This document shows, piece after piece, positions 32,491-41,606 of a stretch of DNA of 45,043 nucleotides (position 1 is its first letter; each line of letters starts with the position of its first letter). The DNA is from a virus, in IMG/VR virus record IMGVR_UViG_3300028549_000749, positions 1-45,043 of that record. One strand, written 5' to 3'. The position numbers and the translations under genes are program-made. Below the pieces are notes generated by a model. It was given only the letters and a program-made list of their open reading frames with translations. It was not told the DNA's origin and searched no databases.

Positions 32491-32709
32491 TCATTGGTTT
32501 AAAAGATAATCAGCAGCAGCAGATCTTAAAAAACCCTGCATTGAAATTCCTGATCTTTGACAATATTGCCGGATAGCATCACCAAGCTCAGGTGACATCG
32601 GTATTTGACACACTTGATCCCCGTAGGCGTCAATTCGGGGGGAAGATCCTTTGCTCCCTGGTTTGCGGCCTTGGCCCCTTCCTGGGCCACCCCTTTTTTC
32701 TGGATTCAT
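32491..32709 (-). CDS. RHH-like DNA-binding protein with a Gly/Arg/Lys-rich N-terminus
   Basis: IPMSPELGDAIRQYCQRSGISMQGFLRSAAADYL. ATGA overlap. Confidence 0.5.
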   Translation of the reverse strand: MNPEKRGGPGRGQGRKPGSKGSSPRIDAYGDQVCQIPMSPELGDAIRQYCQRSGISMQGFLRSAAADYLLNQ

Positions 32710-32900
32710 GAATTCTCCTGTAAAATATTAAACAGTCTCATCTTTGTTGTGATGCTTACAATCGGCATCCATTTTTGATATTTGTCATTGAAGTATTTCC
32801 CGGTTATCCCACACCATGGATTAGCGTAGAACTTTCCATCATGTTTAAAAACGTATCTTCTTAAAAAATCCTTGTGCAGCTCGATTGTTAAGTCTTTCAA
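32706..32900 (-). CDS. Hypothetical protein (64 aa)
   Basis: TTG start with the RBS aggaggtatct. Confidence 0.5.
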   Translation of the reverse strand: MKDLTIELHKDFLRRYVFKHDGKFYANPWCGITGKYFNDKYQKWMPIVSITTKMRLFNILQENS

Positions 32901-32909
32901 AGATACCTC

Positions 32910-33146
32910 CTAATAATATAATTTGTGACCGGATGAGATAACGCTTTCAATGAATGACATTGGCAGGCATCCGTTATGCTTTGACTTGGGGCTTGTCTTG
33001 AATGCAAAAGTGGGGTTGATGTGATCAATAACATCGTAAACATAAACAGACTCTTTTACTTTTCCGTCAAATTGAAATTTATATTCTGAGTTCTCTATTG
33101 CCTTGGAGTCTAATCTTACTTTGTCGCCTACTTTTAAGTTGTTCAT
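32910..33146 (-). CDS. Hypothetical protein (78 aa)
   Basis: Trimmed to the ATG with the RBS aaggagaaccaaaATG. Confidence 0.55.
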   Translation of the reverse strand: MNNLKVGDKVRLDSKAIENSEYKFQFDGKVKESVYVYDVIDHINPTFAFKTSPKSKHNGCLPMSFIESVISSGHKLYY

Positions 33147-33193
33147 TTTGGTTCTCCTTGCTTGGGTTAACTTCTCGGTCACTCTTAAGGACA

Positions 33194-33222
33194 GTTATAT
33201 ATGATTATGATTAACATGTCAA
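33194..33222 (-). promoter_or_regulatory. Promoter of the leftward three-gene island
   Basis: Minus strand TTGACA-N17-TATAAC. Confidence 0.55.
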
Positions 33223-33261
33223 GATAAATAAAACAAAATATACAAAATAATTTATTGATAT

Positions 33262-33289
33262 TTGACAATTAACATAAAATCTATATATA
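33262..33289 (+). promoter_or_regulatory. Promoter at the head of the packaging/structural operon
   Basis: TTGACA-N16-TATATA. Shares TTGACAAT...ATAAAATCTATATAT with the promoter at 39504. The ATG at 33297 lies 7 nt after the -10. Confidence 0.55.
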
Positions 33290-33296
33290 GTGGGCC

Positions 33297-33587
33297 ATGA
33301 TAGAAACACTAACTACAGGTGGGGTGGTAATGGCTCAAGTCTCAACAGGAGAGATAAGTTTTTTAGTAACGGTTTTAATCACAACGGAGTTTGCGGTCAT
33401 TGGCTTTTTTTTGAAGAGAATGATCGACGGTATCGACAGGAAATTGGCATCAATATGTCTTGCTCAAACAAAATGCCAGGCATCTCTTTTTAGGCAATAT
33501 GTGAGCAGAACAGAGTGGGACCATTTTATGGATAGGGAATACCCATTCGTCAATCGCAGGGTGCCGGAGGAAATTAATCATGAATAA
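33297..33587 (+). CDS. Single-pass membrane protein (96 aa)
   Basis: Hydrophobic helix ISFLVTVLITTEFAVIGFFL. An alternative start at 33330 has an SD-like aggtgg. Confidence 0.55.
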   Translation: MIETLTTGGVVMAQVSTGEISFLVTVLITTEFAVIGFFLKRMIDGIDRKLASICLAQTKCQASLFRQYVSRTEWDHFMDREYPFVNRRVPEEINHE

Positions 33588-33753
33588 ATGGGTTTATGTA
33601 ATCCTGGCGTTTCTGTTCGGCGGCATCGGCATTCACAAGATTTATGAGGGGATGTTCTTCAAGTTCCTGATCTATCTTTGCTTTTCGTGGACCTTTATCC
33701 CTGTGATCCTTGGCTTTATTGAGGGATTGCAGGCTGCTTTGTGCTGGGAGTGA
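33580..33753 (+). CDS. TM2-domain membrane protein (57 aa)
   Basis: Not in the track. MNKWVYVILAFLFGGIGIHKIYEGMFFKFLIYLCFSWTFIPVILGFIEGL carries the TM2 signature GxxGxHxxYxG. Confidence 0.65.
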   Translation: MNKWVYVILAFLFGGIGIHKIYEGMFFKFLIYLCFSWTFIPVILGFIEGLQAALCWE

Positions 33754-33757
33754 GGTT

Positions 33758-34162
33758 GTGGCTGTCAAGCGTGTAAAATCAGTGGAGACTGCAAAAGACA
33801 GACACAGGCTCAAACTCTTGGAATATTTAGCAAATCCAGAGAATGAGATTGTGGGCAGATGTACGCTTGCGACTGATGTTCTTGGAGTTACCCCCCAAAC
33901 GATGTATAGAAGCTTCAATTCTGATGAAATGTCAGAGATCGAAGCCGAGGCACTTGATCGACGTAGGGCAAGATATTCTTTAAAGCTTGGCATGGTTGAC
34001 AAATCTTTGTTTGATGAGGCTATCAACAACGGTAATGTAAAGGCGATTGAGCTTATTTACAAAAGATTTGAAAGCTGGAACCCGAGCAGCAAGATAGAAA
34101 TAAACACCGGGGAATCTTTCAATGAAACCCTGACAGAACTTGGCAAAAGGCTCCCTGAATGA
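33758..34162 (+). CDS. terS: Terminase small subunit
   Basis: Directly upstream of terL with an ATGA overlap. HTH-like CTLATDVLGVTPQTMYRSF. The GTG at 33758 has the RBS ggag. The track ATG at 33710 would overlap the TM2 gene by 44 nt. Confidence 0.55.
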   Translation: MAVKRVKSVETAKDRHRLKLLEYLANPENEIVGRCTLATDVLGVTPQTMYRSFNSDEMSEIEAEALDRRRARYSLKLGMVDKSLFDEAINNGNVKAIELIYKRFESWNPSSKIEINTGESFNETLTELGKRLPE

Positions 34163-35475
34163 GCAGCGTCCCACTACAAACACAAAGAGAGTTCGACCGG
34201 TGGTATCAACTGATACCTCACCCGGTACAGCTCGATCTTGTGCGGGACAATGTCAGGTATAAAGTGATCCCTGCTGGCCGTAGGTCGGGAAAAACTGAAA
34301 GATTCAAGCGTTTTGTCACCAAGCAAGCCATGATGCACCCCGGCATGCCTTACTTCGCAGGCGCTCCAACTCGGGATCAGGCAAAGCGGATATTCTGGAA
34401 AGACCTCAAGACTCTATCACTATCCACAACTCAAATCAAAAAGCCATACGAAACAGACCTCATCATCGAGCTTAACAACGGGGCCACGCTCAACATTATC
34501 GGATTTGATAAGCCTGAGCGGTTTGAAGGCCAGTTTTGGGCAGGGGGCGGCATTGATGAGTTCGGAGACTTAAAAGAAGATGCTTGGGAGTCCCACATTG
34601 CCCCGGCGCTCGACACGTTTAACCCCACAATGCCAGACTATAAACCTTGGTGTTGGCTCTTTGGCGTACCTGAGGGGCTTAATCATTATTATGACCGGTT
34701 CCTTTACGCCATGCAGAGCGGTGATAAAGACTGGAAATCTTACACCTGGAAATCATCCGAGATCCTACCCGTTGAAACAATAGAATCCGCAAAGCGCAGG
34801 ATGTCTCCAAGGCAATACAGACAGGAGTATGAAGCAACGTTCGAGACGGCAGGCGGTAGGATCTATGAGGACTTTTGTTTTGACAACAACTGCTCAGATA
34901 CAATAAAAGACCATGAACAACTCATGTGGGCGCATGATCAGAACTTTACTCCTCTGTCAAGCTCAATATCTGTTTTAAGAGACAACAAGATCTATATCCT
35001 TGATGAGATAGTCTTGACATCGGCAGTCTCAACGCAAAGCGCTATCGAATTTGTAGAAAAGTTTAAGAACCACAAGAACAGAACCGTGCTGATTTATGGC
35101 GATCCTGCGGGTAAAGCCGGAGAAAAACACGGCCACGCATCCGACTATACCGATATTGAAGATGTTTTGAAGGCCAATGGCTGGAGTTATGTTAGGAAGG
35201 TAAGACCAGGCCACCCTGCAATCAAAGACCGGCAGAATGCAGTCCGGGCAAAGATCCGCAACGCCATGGGAGAGATCAGCTTGTATGTCAATCCTGTGAC
35301 CGCCGAATGGAGCAACAAAGGCCTTGCCACGGTACAGCTTAAAAAGGGGTCCTCGTTCCAGGAAGATGACACAAACCCTTATCAGCACATCACCACAGCG
35401 ATTGGGTATATGATTGATTATGAATGGCCGATCAATAGCGGTAAAGTTACCTCAACTTTTGACATGAATTACTAA
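34159..35475 (+). CDS. terL: Terminase large subunit
   Basis: Walker A-like PAGRRSGKTERF, Walker B GGIDEFGD, and a C-terminal nuclease region (IYGDPAG...). Confidence 0.85.
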   Translation: MSSVPLQTQREFDRWYQLIPHPVQLDLVRDNVRYKVIPAGRRSGKTERFKRFVTKQAMMHPGMPYFAGAPTRDQAKRIFWKDLKTLSLSTTQIKKPYETDLIIELNNGATLNIIGFDKPERFEGQFWAGGGIDEFGDLKEDAWESHIAPALDTFNPTMPDYKPWCWLFGVPEGLNHYYDRFLYAMQSGDKDWKSYTWKSSEILPVETIESAKRRMSPRQYRQEYEATFETAGGRIYEDFCFDNNCSDTIKDHEQLMWAHDQNFTPLSSSISVLRDNKIYILDEIVLTSAVSTQSAIEFVEKFKNHKNRTVLIYGDPAGKAGEKHGHASDYTDIEDVLKANGWSYVRKVRPGHPAIKDRQNAVRAKIRNAMGEISLYVNPVTAEWSNKGLATVQLKKGSSFQEDDTNPYQHITTAIGYMIDYEWPINSGKVTSTFDMNY

Positions 35476-35484
35476 GGAGATAAA

Positions 35485-35730
35485 ATGGATATTTCAAAAC
35501 ACCCTATATTGAAGCAAGCATATGACCTATCCCTTGCAATAGAGGACTTAGGGACAGGAGATAAAATAACCGAGATGTCATTTATTGCCGCACAACTCAT
35601 TAAAGGCATTGAATCAATAGTTGATAGCGAATCGATAACCGGCCTTAGATTTGATATCAGGATGCTACACAAAGAAATAAGCAGGCTCAGAAGAGACTTG
35701 CAAGACCCCATACCAGATGAAAAACACTGA
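35485..35730 (+). CDS. Hypothetical protein (81 aa)
   Basis: RBS taaggagataaaATG. Confidence 0.6.
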   Translation: MDISKHPILKQAYDLSLAIEDLGTGDKITEMSFIAAQLIKGIESIVDSESITGLRFDIRMLHKEISRLRRDLQDPIPDEKH

Positions 35731-35820
35731 TTTTGTAAGCCCCTGGAATTACATCCGCTTTTTTGCACCTTGGAGGGGGTAAAGTATCAAGGTTTTTACA
35801 GCTTAAAAAAGGAATTAAAT

Positions 35821-36024
35821 ATGCAAAAAATATTAAAGAAAGACATCGTAATCAAGGCCGGAACGATTCTATATGAGGCCCCAACAAAAACCGTAAGGCA
35901 GGGTGGCTGCCATTTTGAGTGCTGCATAGGCCTGTCAAATGATTCTCATGGTTTTTTTACTTATTGCATTGACGACCAAACGCTTGATGAATTTTTTGAA
36001 GAGATTGAAGATCAATGCAAATAA
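35821..36024 (+). CDS. Hypothetical protein (67 aa)
   Basis: Trimmed to the ATG with the RBS aaggaattaaat. Confidence 0.5.
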   Translation: MQKILKKDIVIKAGTILYEAPTKTVRQGGCHFECCIGLSNDSHGFFTYCIDDQTLDEFFEEIEDQCK

Positions 36025-37490
36025 ACACCGAACACCCAAACTACACGAAACTCAAAGCCGCCCGGCGAATGATGCGGGATTGCATTGCGGGCGGTGATGC
36101 TGTCAAGGCCCAGGATATCCGAAAGACTTACCTGCCAGGATTTGAGGATGATCCTAACGATACCCGCTATGACAAGTACATCACCAGGGCAATCTTTGCC
36201 GAGTATACTGGCCTTGCCATTGACAAGACGGTGGGCGCAATCTTCCGGAAAGAGTCAACCGTGGAACTCCCTGCTGCTATGGAATACCTCCTTGAAGATG
36301 CGACCGGGTGTGGCCAGAGCCTGGAACAGTTTGCCAAACAGGTGACAAACGAAGTCAATGCCGTAGGCGTATATGGGATCTTGACAGAGTACCCGCAAAA
36401 GAATGAAGCCATTGACGATCAAGAGAAAGAGCAAGCCTTTGATCTAAAGGCACGGTTTAAGGGTTACACATCTGAGAACATCTACAACTGGCGCTCCAAG
36501 TTTGTCCAAGGCAAAGAGGTTCTAACCCAGGTCCGATTGATTGAGTATTACGAAAACATCACAAGCGAGTTCACATCAACCGATGAGTTGCGATACCGGA
36601 TCCTTGATTTGTTTGACCCTTTAACCAAACTGCCAGGGTCCGGCATTTACCGCCAACGAATTTACGATAAGTCAGGCGGCAAGCTCGGTGAGGACATCTT
36701 CCCGCGCAACGGAAAGGGCCAATATTGGGACAGAATCCCGTTTGTGTTTGTTGGAGCTGAGAACAACACGACTTCCGTGCAGCCCATGCCGTTTTATGGG
36801 CTTGCTGTTATCAACCTGGGGCATTACCGGAACTCAGCCGATTATGAAGAGGGATTGCATATCAGAATGCAGGGAACCCTTATCCTCAACATCGGCAACA
36901 TGACTGGGGATCAGTTCAAGGTCCAGAATGGCGAGAGTATCAAGATAGGGGCAAGACGGGCGATCATCGTGGGGGATGGTGGCGGCGGAGAACTGCTCCA
37001 GATGGAATCCGACGGGGCCGGTATCAATGCGATGGAGAAGAAGCAAGAGCAGATGGAAAGCTTTGGTCTTACTCTTTTTCAACCCGGATCCGCACAAAAG
37101 ACAGCAGAAGAAGCACGTATTAAGGCAAGCTCTGAAAGCTCGGTGATGTCCACAGTTGTTGGCAATATCTCCGAGGGCATCGAGGAATCCATAGAGAACG
37201 CCTGCGAGTTCATGGGAGCAAATCCAGAAGAAGCAGAGTTCAGTCTTAACAGAGAATTCTTCCCCGACTCGATCACTGCCCAGGACGCGGCCATGTTGCA
37301 GGCGCTCAAAGATGATGGGGTTATCAGCATCATTGACCTTAGGTCCAAGCTCAGGAAGTCAGGCACAATCGATCCAAGCCGAACCGACAAAGAAATTGAC
37401 GACGATATTAAAAAAGAATTGAAAGACAAACCCAAAGATAAAGAGGCAATAAATGACAACCCCAGGAATCAGGACACAGCCGGTAAGTGA
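36015..37490 (+). CDS. Portal protein
   Basis: 491 aa, the first large ORF after terL. Acidic/charged C-terminus. The call rests on size and position. Confidence 0.7.
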   Translation: MQINTEHPNYTKLKAARRMMRDCIAGGDAVKAQDIRKTYLPGFEDDPNDTRYDKYITRAIFAEYTGLAIDKTVGAIFRKESTVELPAAMEYLLEDATGCGQSLEQFAKQVTNEVNAVGVYGILTEYPQKNEAIDDQEKEQAFDLKARFKGYTSENIYNWRSKFVQGKEVLTQVRLIEYYENITSEFTSTDELRYRILDLFDPLTKLPGSGIYRQRIYDKSGGKLGEDIFPRNGKGQYWDRIPFVFVGAENNTTSVQPMPFYGLAVINLGHYRNSADYEEGLHIRMQGTLILNIGNMTGDQFKVQNGESIKIGARRAIIVGDGGGGELLQMESDGAGINAMEKKQEQMESFGLTLFQPGSAQKTAEEARIKASSESSVMSTVVGNISEGIEESIENACEFMGANPEEAEFSLNREFFPDSITAQDAAMLQALKDDGVISIIDLRSKLRKSGTIDPSRTDKEIDDDIKKELKDKPKDKEAINDNPRNQDTAGK

Positions 37491-37812
37491 CGACTACAAA
37501 ACAATTGACGCATATTCATTTTTACAGATCTTTGATATCGGAGTGGCAGACGGCACATTCAAGCCCGTGGTTATCCCGGCAGACTGCAAAAAGGTTTTGA
37601 TCCAGGTTGGGACTGGATCGGTAACGGACTTTACATCCTTCAATGATTCCCCAATAGGCTTCCATCTGTCCAAGACCGGCCATGCCACAAACAAAGATTG
37701 GATCAATTGCATTGGATCTATATCGGTAGGCATTGTCGCACCAACCGGAACAACGGTATTTTACATAAGGGCGGCAACTGGCGGCCGGGTTACCGGGTCG
37801 GTGTTGGCATGA
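37453..37812 (+). CDS. Hypothetical head-module protein (119 aa)
   Basis: Overlaps the portal 3' end by 38 nt. RBS aagagg. Confidence 0.5.
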   Translation: MTTPGIRTQPVSDDYKTIDAYSFLQIFDIGVADGTFKPVVIPADCKKVLIQVGTGSVTDFTSFNDSPIGFHLSKTGHATNKDWINCIGSISVGIVAPTGTTVFYIRAATGGRVTGSVLA

Positions 37813-37843
37813 TGAAATCAAACTTTATGTGGGATAAACACTC

Positions 37844-39052
37844 ATGACAGAATTTTTAGATTTAAGTAAAGGGTCGTTTGGTGGGCCGGGGTTTCTGGAT
37901 CTCAGCGCAAAGGGGTTGAACCTCTATCAGCCTCAGGGCAACAGGTATAAGGGCTATTCCTTCTACGTTGATTTTTTGGATGGAGTTGGCCGGGACCGGG
38001 TATCAAAGACTCTCATGGAAACCACATTGTCAGCAGGCCGTGTAAACGCTGACGGCACTGTTTTGGGTGCTAATGTGCCAGCGATTCAGGGGGGGAAGCT
38101 TAATACTCTTGGGCAGATCCCTTTGCTGAATGGCATGACTGATGATCTCCTACAGTGGAACAAAACACCTGCTGTTACAGTAACACCATCAACGTATAAA
38201 ACTACTGCTAATGGGGGGCTGGTGTATAAAGGGATAACAACCGTAGAAAATACAATTTATACTCTTTCCTTTTATGCGTATGTTTTAATAGGTGATAATT
38301 TAAACAACTATAAGTTTTATCATGCAGGGTCTGCAACCGGTGACCTTACGAATTTATCTCTTACTAAAGAGAGAAAACGTTACTCTGTATCAGTATTGGG
38401 CAAAGTGGGTGGTGGGAGTGTGCTCTTTGGGTTTAGTGATACGAACACATCTGGTTGGGGAACAGTCTGTATAGACACAATAAACATAACTCAATCAGCA
38501 TATCTCCTGCCACCTGTCCACAACGACACCATAAACCCAATAACAACCCCCCACAACTACAGCGATGCAGACGAGGGGTATAAGTGGCCGTTTGCTAAAT
38601 GCCCTAAGCTGCTCACGTCCATGCAAGGCACTGATGGGACGAACGCAATGGGTGCGCTGGAGGTTGATTGGACTCCGATGTATGATCAATCAATCGCACC
38701 AGTCTCAAGTAATGTTATTTCATGCTCAGACGCTATATTAAAACTCTTATACTACAACACTGGGCAATTAAAAACATATGACAACACTACAATATCTTCG
38801 TGTTCATCTATTCCGTGGCTTGCAGGGACTACGTTAAATATAAAATTAAAATATGGCCCACACCCAGGCTATGCCAATGCTGGCAAATATCAACTTATAG
38901 TGACAGATGGCACAACAACATGGAACTCAGCCCTGACCAACTTCGATGGCTCATTCAACCCATTAACTCATTTCTCAATTGGCTGGCTTAATGAATTTTG
39001 GCAACAGATAAGCAAGATCAGCGTAAAGGAGGCAAACCCATGGATAGCTTGA
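37844..39052 (+). CDS. Hypothetical structural protein (402 aa) with a possible carbohydrate-binding-module-like beta-sandwich
   Basis: YTLSFYAYVLIGDNLNNYKFYHAGSATGD...RKRYSVSVLG resembles CBM/galactose-binding-like strands. Tentative. Confidence 0.55.
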   Translation: MTEFLDLSKGSFGGPGFLDLSAKGLNLYQPQGNRYKGYSFYVDFLDGVGRDRVSKTLMETTLSAGRVNADGTVLGANVPAIQGGKLNTLGQIPLLNGMTDDLLQWNKTPAVTVTPSTYKTTANGGLVYKGITTVENTIYTLSFYAYVLIGDNLNNYKFYHAGSATGDLTNLSLTKERKRYSVSVLGKVGGGSVLFGFSDTNTSGWGTVCIDTINITQSAYLLPPVHNDTINPITTPHNYSDADEGYKWPFAKCPKLLTSMQGTDGTNAMGALEVDWTPMYDQSIAPVSSNVISCSDAILKLLYYNTGQLKTYDNTTISSCSSIPWLAGTTLNIKLKYGPHPGYANAGKYQLIVTDGTTTWNSALTNFDGSFNPLTHFSIGWLNEFWQQISKISVKEANPWIA

Positions 39053-39456
39053 TTACCAGGTTCTTTAAGATCCTTCCCGAGCATTACGTTGATGGAAAAG
39101 CCAGCATAGTATCCAACAAAGATATCTTGGATCTTGACGTATTAACCGATGCAGTTGTCTTGCACACGTTTGAAGATGGAGATTTGCTGATCCATGCAAT
39201 TATCAAAGATTACACTGTAACTGCCATGGCGGAAATGGCTGACCTTGCAGATCCGTTGTCTATGGCAGGTGTTATAGGGCTTGGCCTTGAGGGCACTTAT
39301 AAAGGTATGGATTATTCAGATACGCCTTATATAGGGGTGTTCTGGTTCTTGCCTGAACTTGCTGGAACCAAGATGGTTGATGATGGAGACGGAGGAGAGA
39401 TTGAGGTTGATATACTTCCCAGGCATCAGTGGGGTGTAGGAGTTTATAATGTATAA
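39040..39456 (+). CDS. Hypothetical protein (138 aa)
   Basis: Trimmed to the ATG with the RBS aaaggaggcaaaccc. Confidence 0.55.
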   Translation: MDSLITRFFKILPEHYVDGKASIVSNKDILDLDVLTDAVVLHTFEDGDLLIHAIIKDYTVTAMAEMADLADPLSMAGVIGLGLEGTYKGMDYSDTPYIGVFWFLPELAGTKMVDDGDGGEIEVDILPRHQWGVGVYNV

Positions 39457-39503
39457 AGTTGGATTTATAACCAGACTTTATACATGGAGCAAACCACAGC
39501 ATA

Positions 39504-39532
39504 TTGACAATAGCCAAAATAAAATCTATATA
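39504..39532 (+). promoter_or_regulatory. Internal promoter ahead of the scaffold and capsid genes
   Basis: TTGACA-N17-TATATA, followed by the 5' UTR hairpin cccgtac-gat-gtgcggg. Confidence 0.55.
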
Positions 39533-39592
39533 TGGTATAAATAGGCCCGTACGATGTGCGGGTCAACAACATTCGACGAATGGAGACACAAG

Positions 39593-40237
39593 ATGAAAGT
39601 GGTTATCAGTAAAGAAGAGTTTGCAGCACTCGACACGTTATTTCAGGCAGAATACAAAGAGGCTGATGGCTCCTTTGTCCTCAATGCTGATGGCATTGAT
39701 AATCATCCTGATGTTAAGGCGCTCAAGGGAGCTTATACCGGCGAGAAAGACAAACGAACGGCGGCGGCCAAGCGGCTTGAAGAACTTGATGCAGCAAAGA
39801 AGCTTGCAGACGAGGCAACCCTGGCCGAGCAGCAGAAGTTCAAGGATCTTTCGGACCTTAAAACGGTAGAGGCTCAGAAGTACGCCGACGAACTCAAGGC
39901 ACTCAAGGATAAGGTTGTTCAGACAGAGATGGATGGGATTGCCAGAAAGATAGCCACCGCAATAAACAAAGAAGATCCAAGGCGGCAAAATTCTCTTATC
40001 CATGAGATCAAGCCGTATTTAAAGAACACGGAAAACGGGATCTCATTGCTAAATGCAGACGGGACCCCGACAGATGAAAAAAGTATCATCGCAAAACTTA
40101 CAACTGATTTCCCTTTCCTTGCGGCGGCAAACCCGGCGGGGGGTGGAGGTGGATCAGGAAACAATAACCCAACAGCACCAGCAACGCCACCCAAGACAGC
40201 AGCAGAAGCCAATAAGGCAGCGTGGGCAGGTGTATAA
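39593..40237 (+). CDS. Scaffolding protein
   Basis: Immediately upstream of the major capsid gene. Charged coiled-coil (AAAKRLEELDAAKKLADEATLAEQQKFKDL...) and a Gly/Pro/Ala-rich C-terminus. Confidence 0.65.
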   Translation: MKVVISKEEFAALDTLFQAEYKEADGSFVLNADGIDNHPDVKALKGAYTGEKDKRTAAAKRLEELDAAKKLADEATLAEQQKFKDLSDLKTVEAQKYADELKALKDKVVQTEMDGIARKIATAINKEDPRRQNSLIHEIKPYLKNTENGISLLNADGTPTDEKSIIAKLTTDFPFLAAANPAGGGGGSGNNNPTAPATPPKTAAEANKAAWAGV

Positions 40238-40246
40238 GGATAAAAT

Positions 40247-41347
40247 ATGCCAGTAATCACCGGAATGATCGACTCTTACAAAATACCCACAAACGCTCGG
40301 GATCTTTCCACAGCATTCACCATGCTTAAGTTCCCCAACACTCCAATTTTTAACATGATCTCCATGCCCGGCACTTGCTCTGCAAGAAAGCGTGAGTGGT
40401 GGGACGATGTTCTTTTGCCCACTGGAACCACCATCACAGAGCCTTATACAGCGGCTGCTGGATCAATGACCCTTGAATCCGTTGACTCTGTACGGGTAGG
40501 CTCGGTAATCAGGGTAGACAGCTCAGTTTACCGGATTACAGCGATCAATACTTCAACCAAAGTTGCCACGGTAACTATCATTGCAGCAGATGCGAATCAT
40601 CTTGACAATGCAAAAGTTACTTTCCTTTCAACCGCAAAGGTGGAAGGTTCGGTCTTTGAATCTTCAGATAACGCCACAGAAATACTGAGGTACAACAACA
40701 CGCAGATCTTTGACGACTGGATCGAGATCTCTGGAACAGAGCAGGTTGTTGCCCGTGAGATTAACCAGGGCGATTTGCTTGCTCAGAAGTCCATGCGTAA
40801 GATTGAAAGAATTTATCACCAGATGGCAAAGATCGTAACTTCTGGAGGTGTCCGGGTTGACGCAACGACAAACGCAACCGCTCGGATGATGGGCGGTATT
40901 GATTTCTTCATTACTGCTTATGGGTATAATCCAGCCGCCGCCGCTTTCTCAGCAGCCAACTTTGACGCTTTCCTTTATGAGATGGAGCAGACATACGGAA
41001 GGACTCCCACAGAGGCTTTCCTAAACCCTGTTGACTTGCAGAAGTTCACCGCCCTGCGGAACACCCAGATCGTAATTGATCGGACAGATACCGCCCGTGG
41101 TGAGTATGTTGACAGGTACCTCTCTGGTTACGGTTATGACGTTCGCCTTATTCCAGATCCCACGCTCCTTGCCGGGAAAATCCGGGTGTTTGGAATGGAT
41201 CAGGTAAAACTCCTGCCTCTCCAGGGCCGGTCACTCCAGGCTTACCCGCTTGGCAGACTCGGTGACAAGACACAGTATGGCATTGTTGGAGAGTACACTC
41301 TTGAGTTCAACAACTCTGCAACAACCGGGGCGTTCTCAATCTCATAG
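40247..41347 (+). CDS. Major capsid protein
   Basis: 366 aa, after the scaffold. The N-terminal ...ARKREWWDDVLLP resembles the DUF5309/SU10-type capsid family. A stable hairpin follows. Confidence 0.8.
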   Translation: MPVITGMIDSYKIPTNARDLSTAFTMLKFPNTPIFNMISMPGTCSARKREWWDDVLLPTGTTITEPYTAAAGSMTLESVDSVRVGSVIRVDSSVYRITAINTSTKVATVTIIAADANHLDNAKVTFLSTAKVEGSVFESSDNATEILRYNNTQIFDDWIEISGTEQVVAREINQGDLLAQKSMRKIERIYHQMAKIVTSGGVRVDATTNATARMMGGIDFFITAYGYNPAAAAFSAANFDAFLYEMEQTYGRTPTEAFLNPVDLQKFTALRNTQIVIDRTDTARGEYVDRYLSGYGYDVRLIPDPTLLAGKIRVFGMDQVKLLPLQGRSLQAYPLGRLGDKTQYGIVGEYTLEFNNSATTGAFSIS

Positions 41348-41353
41348 CATTTG

Positions 41354-41373
41354 TGCCGGGTGAAAGCCCGGCA
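41354..41373 (+). other. Hairpin with a GAAA tetraloop downstream of the capsid gene
   Basis: tgccgggt-gaaa-gcccggca with no U-tract. Likely an mRNA stabiliser or partial attenuator. Confidence 0.5.
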
Positions 41374-41384
41374 TTAGGAGCAAT

Positions 41385-41567
41385 ATGGCTAAAATATTTA
41401 CCGAACACAAGGACATGATTGCAGGAGGCGTGGTATACCGAGCCGACAAGGCAGGATTTGTTGACGTGCCTGATGATGTCGCGGAAGCTGAAGGCTTGGC
41501 TGTGGTCGTCCGATTGAAGTCAGCCAAGCAGAAAACCGGCATCAAGTTTTTGAGCAGTGAAGAGTAA
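41385..41567 (+). CDS. Hypothetical small head-module protein (60 aa)
   Basis: RBS ttaggagcaatATG. Confidence 0.55.
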   Translation: MAKIFTEHKDMIAGGVVYRADKAGFVDVPDDVAEAEGLAVVVRLKSAKQKTGIKFLSSEE

Positions 41568-41606
41568 GTAGGAAGTATAATTTAAAATCAACCAGCGGAG
41601 TTTTTA

